The notes beneath the pieces are model-generated. The model had not been told where the DNA came from. It was given only the letters and a program-made list of their open reading frames with translations, and did not search any database. Of a DNA stretch of 21,540 nucleotides, positions 15,457 to 21,540 are shown in pieces. The number at the start of each line of letters is the position of its first letter. The first letter of the stretch is position 1. Origin of the DNA: an uncultured bacterium (GTDB taxonomy: Bacteria > Lernaellota > Lernaellaia > Lernaellales > Lernaellaceae); assembly GCA_964534375.1 (NCBI GenBank), contig CAZHPN010000021.1:1-21540 (forward strand), read 5' to 3'. The position numbers and the translations under genes are program-made.

Positions 15457-17178
15457 ATGCGCATTCGGCACGTGCTCAACCAGCGAATCACCGCGGCGCT
15501 GTCGGATATGGCCGGGCAGGAAGCGCCGGCGGCGGTGAAGGAAACGGGCAACCCGCAGTTCGGCGACTACCAGGCCAACGGCGTGATGGGCGCGGCGAAG
15601 AAACTCGGCCGCAAGCCGCGCGACCTGGCGGCGCAGGTGGTCGAGCGGCTCGACCTGGCGGACATCTGCCAGCCGCCGGAGATCGCCGGGCCGGGCTTCA
15701 TCAATCTGCGGTTGTCGGCCGAGTTTCTCGGCGCGCGGCTCGCGGCGATGGCGCACGACGAGCGGCTGGGCGTCGAGCCGGTCGAGCGGCCGGCGACGGT
15801 CGTCGTCGATTTTTCGAGCCCCAACGTCGCCAAACCGCTGCACGTCGGCCACCTGCGCAGCACGATCCTGGGCGACGCGATCGTGCGCATCCTGCGTTTT
15901 CTCGGCGGCCGCGTCATCGGCGACAATCACACCGGCGACTGGGGCACGCAATTCGGCCTGCTGATTCTCGGCTTCCGCCGCTGGGGCGACGAGGCGGCGC
16001 TGGCGGCGAGCCCGACCGACGAACTGGAGCGCGTTTACCGCCTCGCGAACGACGCGGCGAAAGCGGACGAAACGTTTGCCGACGCGGCGCGCGCGGAGCT
16101 CGCCAAGCTGCAAAGCGGCGACGCGGACAATCTGGAGCTGTGGCGGCGATTCGCGGCGGCGACGCGCGTGGAAGTCGAGAAAATCTATGCGCGGCTCGAT
16201 GTGCGCTTCGACGAGTGGCGCGGCGAAAGCGCGTACCACGACGATCTCGCACCGCTCGTGGCCGACCTGCTGGCGCGCGGCATCGCCCGCGAAGATCAGG
16301 GGGCCGCGCTGATTTTCTTCGACGGCGCCGACGACCCGGAACTCGCGGACAAGCCGTTCATGATCCGCAAATCGGACGGCGCCTTCAATTACGCGACCAC
16401 CGATCTGGCGACGATCGCTTATCGCGTTCGGGCGCACCACGCCGACGAAATTGTTTACGCCGTGGACAAGCGGCAGAGCCTGCACTTCAAGCAGCTTTTC
16501 GCCGCCGCGCGGAAGATGGGCTTTCGGCTGCGGCTGGAGCACGTCGGTTTCGGCACGATCCTCGGCGCCGACGGCCGGCCGATCAAGACGCGCGAGGGCA
16601 GCGCGGTGCGGCTCGCCGATTTGCTGGCGGAAGCCGTGCAGCGGGCGAAAGCGATCATCGCGGAAAAAGGTCCGAACCTGCCGCCGGACGAGGTGGAGCG
16701 CGTCGCCGAAATGGTGGGCGTCGGGGCCGTGAAATACGGCGATCTCTCGCAGAATCGCAACAGCGACTACCGCTTCGATTGGGACCGCATGCTCGCCTTC
16801 GACGGCAACACCGCGCCGTATATGCAGTACGTGCACGCGCGCATCCGTTCGATTTTTCGCAAGGCCGGCGAGCCCGCGTGGCAACTGCCGCCCGACGTGC
16901 GGCCGGCGCTCGAGCACGAAGCGGAGCGCGCGCTGGCGCTGTGCCTGCTGCGGTTCGCGGACACGGTCCACGATGTGCCGACGGAATATTACCCGCATCT
17001 GCTCACCGAACATTTGTTCGGCCTGGCGCAGGCGTTCAACGGCTTTTATCGCGACTGCCAAGTGCTGACGTCCGCCGGCGCGGTGCGCGCGACGCGGCTG
17101 GCGCTGTGCGATTGCACGGCGCGCCAGATTCGCCTCGGGTTGTCGCTGCTTGGCATCGACGCGCCCGAGCAGATGTAG
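15457..17178 (+). CDS. argS: Arginine--tRNA ligase
   Basis: Start ATG 15457 after GAGG; FGDYQAN, IAGPGFIN, VDFSSPNVAKPLHVGHLRSTILGD (HIGH), GDWGTQFG, RKSDG..YATTDLA, IKTREG, GNTAPYMQYVHARIRSI, terminal LLGIDAPEQM. Confidence 0.97.
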   Translation: MRIRHVLNQRITAALSDMAGQEAPAAVKETGNPQFGDYQANGVMGAAKKLGRKPRDLAAQVVERLDLADICQPPEIAGPGFINLRLSAEFLGARLAAMAHDERLGVEPVERPATVVVDFSSPNVAKPLHVGHLRSTILGDAIVRILRFLGGRVIGDNHTGDWGTQFGLLILGFRRWGDEAALAASPTDELERVYRLANDAAKADETFADAARAELAKLQSGDADNLELWRRFAAATRVEVEKIYARLDVRFDEWRGESAYHDDLAPLVADLLARGIAREDQGAALIFFDGADDPELADKPFMIRKSDGAFNYATTDLATIAYRVRAHHADEIVYAVDKRQSLHFKQLFAAARKMGFRLRLEHVGFGTILGADGRPIKTREGSAVRLADLLAEAVQRAKAIIAEKGPNLPPDEVERVAEMVGVGAVKYGDLSQNRNSDYRFDWDRMLAFDGNTAPYMQYVHARIRSIFRKAGEPAWQLPPDVRPALEHEAERALALCLLRFADTVHDVPTEYYPHLLTEHLFGLAQAFNGFYRDCQVLTSAGAVRATRLALCDCTARQIRLGLSLLGIDAPEQM

Positions 17179-17234
17179 GCCGGCGCGGCGGCGGTCGCGG
17201 GACCGTCGCGCGGATTTCGAAAGGACCAAATGCG

Positions 17235-17777
17235 ATGGGGGACAAATTTCATCGTTGGCGCGCGCTCGGCGTTTACCAACTGAAAATGTGGATCGCCCGG
17301 CTCGCATTGCTGGCCGTCGGCGTGGCGTTCGAAGTGGCGGCGCGGTTGAACCGCGCGCTGCGGGACGAGATCTCGGTGTGGGCGGAGGGCTTCGTTTTTT
17401 CGTTGGGCGTTCTGCCGCATGGCCCGTCGATCGCGATCAAGAAAACCGGCCGCGGCGTGCGCTGCTTCGGCAAGGGTCTGCCGAACCCGAACGTCGCGAT
17501 TCTCTTTAAGAACATCGATGGCGCGTTGCTCGTGTTTCTGGGCCGGATCGGCACGCCGGTCGCCGCGGCCCAGCGGCGCTTCATCGTCCACGGCCCGATC
17601 GCCGAGAGTTCGCAGGTGGCGCGGACGCTGGCCATCGTGCAATCGTTCCTGTTCCCGCGGATCGTCGTCGACAAGACCTACCGCCGCCCGCCGCGGCTGG
17701 GCGCGAGCGGTCTGCCGATCAAGGCGGCCATCTACCTGGCGTTGGTTCCGGGGCTGATCTTGCGCGCCGTTCGCTAG
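17235..17777 (+). CDS. Hypothetical protein (possibly SCP2/sterol-carrier-like fold)
   Basis: ATG 17235 after AAGGA, in the 3' part of track ORF 15291..17777; protein-like composition (FVFSLGVLPHGPSIAIKK…ILFKNIDGALLVFLG…RFIVHG); immediately upstream of the Fe-ADH gene. Confidence 0.65.
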   Translation: MGDKFHRWRALGVYQLKMWIARLALLAVGVAFEVAARLNRALRDEISVWAEGFVFSLGVLPHGPSIAIKKTGRGVRCFGKGLPNPNVAILFKNIDGALLVFLGRIGTPVAAAQRRFIVHGPIAESSQVARTLAIVQSFLFPRIVVDKTYRRPPRLGASGLPIKAAIYLALVPGLILRAVR

Positions 17778-17810
17778 CCGGAAACGAAACCCCGGCAAAG
17801 AGAGGGGACC

Positions 17811-18986
17811 ATGCGACCCGAGTACTATTCTTTCTATTGTCCGGTGAAGATCCTGAGCGGCAAGAAAGCGTTGGCCGGTCTGCCTTATGAAATGGGGTTG
17901 CTGGGCGTGAAAAAGGCGCTGGTCGTCACCGACCCGGGCGTCGTCGGCGCCTCCTTGCTGCAGAAGCTGCAAGACGCGTTGATCGGTGAGAACCTCGCGA
18001 TCGGCGTTGTCTACGATCGGACGCCGGTCGATTCCAGCAACAAGGCCTGCAACGAAATCGCCAAACTCTTTCACGAAAACGGCTGCGATTGCCTGATCGC
18101 GCTGGGCGGCGGCAGTTGCATCGATTCGGCCAAGGGCGCGAACATCGTGATCAGCGAGGGCGCCGCCGACCTGCTGCAATTCCAGGGCATGGACCGCCTG
18201 ACCAAGCCGCAACGGCCGCTGGTGGTCATCCCCACGACCGCCGGCACGGGCTCCGAGGTCACGCTGGTCTCGGTGATCAAGGACGTCGACCGCAACGTGA
18301 AAATGCCGTTCGTTTCCGACAAACTGTACCCGGCGATCGCCGTGCTCGACCCGGTGATGACGCTGACCATGCCGCCGAAGGTCACGGCCGCGACCGGCAT
18401 GGACGCATTGACGCACGCGTGCGAAGCGTACATCGACCTGCAGAAGAATCCGGTTTCGGACGCGTTCGCGCTTGCCGCGGTCAAACTGATTTTCGAAAAC
18501 CTTGTTGCGGCGACGCAGAACGGCAAAGACGAAGACGCGCGCCTCGCCATGGCCAACGCCGCGCTGCTGGCGGGGATCGGCTTTTCCAATTCGATGACCG
18601 GCGTCGTGCATGCCCTGGCGCACGCCGTCGGCGCGATCTGCGAGATTCCGCACGGCGTGGCGAACGCCATCCTGTTGCCGTGGGGTTTGGACTACAACCT
18701 GGGCAAGGCGGCACGCCCGATCGCGGAATTGGCGGGGCCGTTGGGCCTGAAGAATCCGCCGGACAATGACGTGCAGCGCGCGCGGCTGGTGATTCAGGCG
18801 ATTCGCGACCTGGCCGGGCGCCTGCACGAGCTATCGGGCATGGCGATCACGTTGAGCGAAGCCGGCGTCGCGGAAAGCCAACTAGAACGCATCGCCCGCG
18901 TCGCGATCGACGACGGCGCCTGCATCTACAATCCGGAAGAGATCGCGTTTGAGGACGCCTGGGACATTTTGAAAAAGGCGTATTGA
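17811..18986 (+). CDS. Iron-containing alcohol dehydrogenase
   Basis: LVVTD, ALGGGSCIDSAK, IPTTAGTGSEVT, TGMDALTHACEAY, VHALAH, IPHGVANAILLP; GAGGGG RBS. Confidence 0.94.
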   Translation: MRPEYYSFYCPVKILSGKKALAGLPYEMGLLGVKKALVVTDPGVVGASLLQKLQDALIGENLAIGVVYDRTPVDSSNKACNEIAKLFHENGCDCLIALGGGSCIDSAKGANIVISEGAADLLQFQGMDRLTKPQRPLVVIPTTAGTGSEVTLVSVIKDVDRNVKMPFVSDKLYPAIAVLDPVMTLTMPPKVTAATGMDALTHACEAYIDLQKNPVSDAFALAAVKLIFENLVAATQNGKDEDARLAMANAALLAGIGFSNSMTGVVHALAHAVGAICEIPHGVANAILLPWGLDYNLGKAARPIAELAGPLGLKNPPDNDVQRARLVIQAIRDLAGRLHELSGMAITLSEAGVAESQLERIARVAIDDGACIYNPEEIAFEDAWDILKKAY

Positions 18987-19118
18987 GTCAGCCGGCTCTC
19001 GCCGTTCTCAGTTTTCGCAGCACTCGTAATTTCCCGCCTGGCCAAGCGAGCGGCGCGCGAAATGCCCATGCTTCGCATCTGCTGGCGTTTCAATCAATTT
19101 GTTTACAACGCTTGACGC

Positions 19119-19146
19119 TTGACTTGCGAAGATTTCGTGGTATTTC
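19119..19146 (+). promoter_or_regulatory. Putative sigma70 promoter upstream of the DUF6982-like gene
   Basis: TTGACT (19119-19124), 16 nt, TATTTC (19141-19146) preceded by TG (extended -10); AT-rich upstream tract; GGAGG RBS at 19169-19173. Confidence 0.5.
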
Positions 19147-19180
19147 TTGTACGTGGAAAAGTTCTTTGGGAGGCCGCAAA

Positions 19181-19867
19181 ATGAAAAACGACATTATCGT
19201 CAAGTTTCTCAAGGGCGGCACGGTGCGCGGATACACGTTGGATGTCGGCGCGAAGGACACGTTTCACATCACGACGTCCTCGGGAGACGCCAGAGAGATT
19301 CGACTCGACGAACTCAAGGCCGTCTTCTTAATCAAGGATCCCAGCGCGCCGAAGGCCGCGGCCCGACCGGCCGCAGCCGGCGTAAAAATCCGCATCAAAT
19401 TCTTGGACGGCGAGGAACTGACCGGCATCACGTACGACTACAATTCGACGAAGGACGGCTTTTTCGTTTTTCCGCTCGACCCGGCGTCCGATAACGAACG
19501 CATTCTCGTCAACCGCCACGCCGCCGCATCGATCGTCAGTCTCGGGTCGCCGTGCCTCATTAGCGCCAAGCCTGGCGCCGCCGCGGGCGACCCGGCGCGT
19601 TCCAAACTGGAGCGCAAATTGGCAGAGCGCCTCTGCGACTGCGCTCGCCAATTTTCCGGCAGCGAGCGCGAGGTGGATGAAGGCGTGTGCGCGTCGTATT
19701 GCGCGTCGCTGAGATCGATGATTTCGACGGACATGATCGACTATCTGCGGCATTACGGGCGCGACGCCTGGCGGGATTTTGTCGCCGCCAAAGTCAATAA
19801 GATCCGCGGCGAAATGGGCGAAAACGCCTTCCATTCGATGCAGAAAATCACCGCCCGCTTGATGTGA
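19181..19867 (+). CDS. DUF6982-like domain protein with an additional C-terminal helical domain
   Basis: Start ATG 19181 after GGAGG; two internal repeats (IIVKFLKGGTVRG / IRIKFLDGEELTG) with LKAVFLIKD and GFFVFPLDPASDNERILV, recalled as the DUF6982 pattern. Confidence 0.72.
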   Translation: MKNDIIVKFLKGGTVRGYTLDVGAKDTFHITTSSGDAREIRLDELKAVFLIKDPSAPKAAARPAAAGVKIRIKFLDGEELTGITYDYNSTKDGFFVFPLDPASDNERILVNRHAAASIVSLGSPCLISAKPGAAAGDPARSKLERKLAERLCDCARQFSGSEREVDEGVCASYCASLRSMISTDMIDYLRHYGRDAWRDFVAAKVNKIRGEMGENAFHSMQKITARLM

Positions 19868-20088
19868 CCTGCGCCGGCGCGCGCGCCGGACCGGGCCGCG
19901 CTCGCTCCATCGCCCCCCCAATAACCGGCTTTCGCATAATTTCGCGTCGTTTTGAACGAAAGGTCCTTTTCTTTTTTCAAATCTTTGTTAATATCGGCGC
20001 GGTTTGACACGCCGCGTTACGGCGAATCCGAGGTCATCCACGATCGGCAACAGCGATTTCCCCCAACGCAACAAAGGAAACGTGAGCT

Positions 20089-21012
20089 ATGAAAGAAAGC
20101 AAGTTCCTCACCAGTTTCGACGGCACCCGCATCGCGTACCGCGTTTACGGCCAGGGCGCCCCGACCGTCGTCATCTGCAACGGCCTGACCTGCAACCAGA
20201 GTTGGATGCAGCCGATGATCGACGCGCTCAGCCCGCGGCATCGGGTGATCATCTGGGATTATCGCGGCCACGTCGATTCGGCGCTTCCCGCCGACGAGCG
20301 CATGGCCACGATCGACGCCTGCGTGCAGGATTTGCAGGCGGTCCTGGCGGCCACAAGAACCAAGAAAGCGGTGTTTGTCGGCTTTTCGATGGGCGTCCAG
20401 GTCGCGCTTGAACTTTACGGCCGTCGGCCGGAGGTCGCGCTCGGCCTCATCGCGCTCAGCGGCACGTACGAGTACACGCTCCGCACCTTTTCCTACATCG
20501 GCCCCCTGCTCGACATGGCGGTTGAACCGATGTTGCGCAACGTGGTCCGGTATCTGCCGAAAACGAGCGGCCTGTTTTGGAAAGCGATTCTGCTCGGCCC
20601 GTGGGCGTTCCCGCTGACCCGGCTGCTGATTATCAACTGGGACGTCGCCAGCCGCGAGCAATTCGAAATTTATCGGCCGCACATCGTCAATCTCAACCTG
20701 CGCAATTTTACATTGCTGGCGCAGTCGATGAACAATCACTCGGCCGTCAGCGTGCTGCCGCGCATCAAAGTTCCGACGCTGATCGTCGTCGGCGACCAGG
20801 ACACGTTCACGCCCGTCGAAGTCGCCGAGCAAATGCACAAGCTCGTGCCGAATTCCGAAATGCATCTTGTGCCGGGCGGCAGCCACGCCGGCGTGATCGA
20901 GTTCCCGACGATCTTCACGGATTACGTCTTGGCGTTCCTCGACAAGCACTTCGCCAAGGCAAAGGCCGTGCCGCGGCCGAGCCGCCCCAAGCTCGTGGCG
21001 CAAATCGCCTGA
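20089..21012 (+). CDS. Alpha/beta fold hydrolase
   Basis: SFDGTRIAY, WDYRGH, nucleophile elbow GFSMG, acid VGDQDTFTP, His GGSHA. Confidence 0.92.
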   Translation: MKESKFLTSFDGTRIAYRVYGQGAPTVVICNGLTCNQSWMQPMIDALSPRHRVIIWDYRGHVDSALPADERMATIDACVQDLQAVLAATRTKKAVFVGFSMGVQVALELYGRRPEVALGLIALSGTYEYTLRTFSYIGPLLDMAVEPMLRNVVRYLPKTSGLFWKAILLGPWAFPLTRLLIINWDVASREQFEIYRPHIVNLNLRNFTLLAQSMNNHSAVSVLPRIKVPTLIVVGDQDTFTPVEVAEQMHKLVPNSEMHLVPGGSHAGVIEFPTIFTDYVLAFLDKHFAKAKAVPRPSRPKLVAQIA

Positions 21013-21045
21013 GCGCGGCGCGAAAATCGACGCCCGCACGCGGTT

Positions 21046-21540
21046 TTACTGCGGGCCGCGATCGCACGCCGGCAACAACTGATTTTTCGCCAGGTAGTCC
21101 GCCAGGTTCTCGGCGTACCACGCCAGGACGCGCGGCGAGGGGTGGATTTCGGTGAATTCCGGCGGCGCGTTTTCGCCGCTGAGATGATAAACCGGCGCGC
21201 CAACGCCCGTCAGATATTTGCCCTGCTCGTCGATGTAGATATAGCAATACGCCTGCGCCTTCACGCTCGTTTCGTTCTTGCGCCGCTGTTCCGCCGTGCA
21301 GGCGTACGGGCCGACGAATATCAGAATCTTGAATTTCTCGCGATAGGCGGCGACGAAATCCCGCAACTCCGCGCTGTTGCGCCGTTCGAATTCGTCGAGA
21401 TCCGGCTTCCACGTGCCGACCGATTCCAAGAACTTGCGCGAAAACGACGCGCCGGCCATCACCGCGAAACGGACGAGCCGAAAATGGCCGTAGACGCAGG
21501 CGAATAGCGAATCCGGCACGAAATGCAGCCGCGTCGATTG
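21046..21540 (-). CDS. Hypothetical protein, probably 5' truncated by the window edge
   Basis: Track ORF 21046..21519; the frame stays open to the window end (…QSTRLHFVPDSLF…); composition is protein-like, but I recognise no family. Confidence 0.55.
   Translation of the reverse strand, partial: QSTRLHFVPDSLFACVYGHFRLVRFAVMAGASFSRKFLESVGTWKPDLDEFERRNSAELRDFVAAYREKFKILIFVGPYACTAEQRRKNETSVKAQAYCYIYIDEQGKYLTGVGAPVYHLSGENAPPEFTEIHPSPRVLAWYAENLADYLAKNQLLPACDRGPQ

Noticed and set aside
15451..18827. Long antisense ORFs (618 aa, 593 aa) and similar shadows opposite dxr, pssA, asd and amgK
   Set aside because: They mirror well-supported genes on the other strand, have no recognisable motifs, and are expected from stop-codon scarcity at high GC.
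19928..19956. TTTCGCATAAT resembling the XerC arm of a dif site
   Set aside because: No XerD arm (TTATGTTAAAT-like) follows at the 6-bp spacing.
1..21540. tRNA, rRNA, riboswitch, CRISPR, prophage or defence genes
   Set aside because: None recognised by eye; intergenic gaps are short (about 220 bp or less). An Rfam/tRNAscan search would be needed to exclude small RNAs formally.

Overview
GC-rich bacterial chromosomal segment, mostly housekeeping genes. Gene order and protein features suggest a deltaproteobacterial-type lineage (Desulfobacterota/Myxococcota-like; inference). Plus strand: end of uppS, cdsA, dxr, rseP, tsaB, a DUF465-like small protein, psd, pssA, asd and an SGNH/GDSL hydrolase. 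Converging on these from the minus strand: a stand-alone Fo ATP synthase cluster (atpZ-atpI-atpB-atpE plus terminator), a membrane-anchored hypothetical protein, and a translationally coupled TIM-barrel isomerase / AmgK-like kinase / NDP-sugar nucleotidyltransferase cassette. Then argS (divergent from atpZ), a small hypothetical gene with an Fe-dependent alcohol dehydrogenase, a DUF6982-like protein, an alpha/beta hydrolase and a truncated minus-strand ORF. The clearest structural anomaly is a perfect 481-bp tandem duplication (8303-8783 / 8784-9264) with junction microhomology. It spans the 3' ends of two convergent genes and leaves both intact; it may be real or an assembly chimera. I saw no rRNA, tRNA, CRISPR array, IS element or phage gene, and I cannot support a clearly novel system. 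The best candidates for follow-up are the sugar-salvage cassette, the unusual Fo subunit features and the apparent excision of ilv/leu genes.
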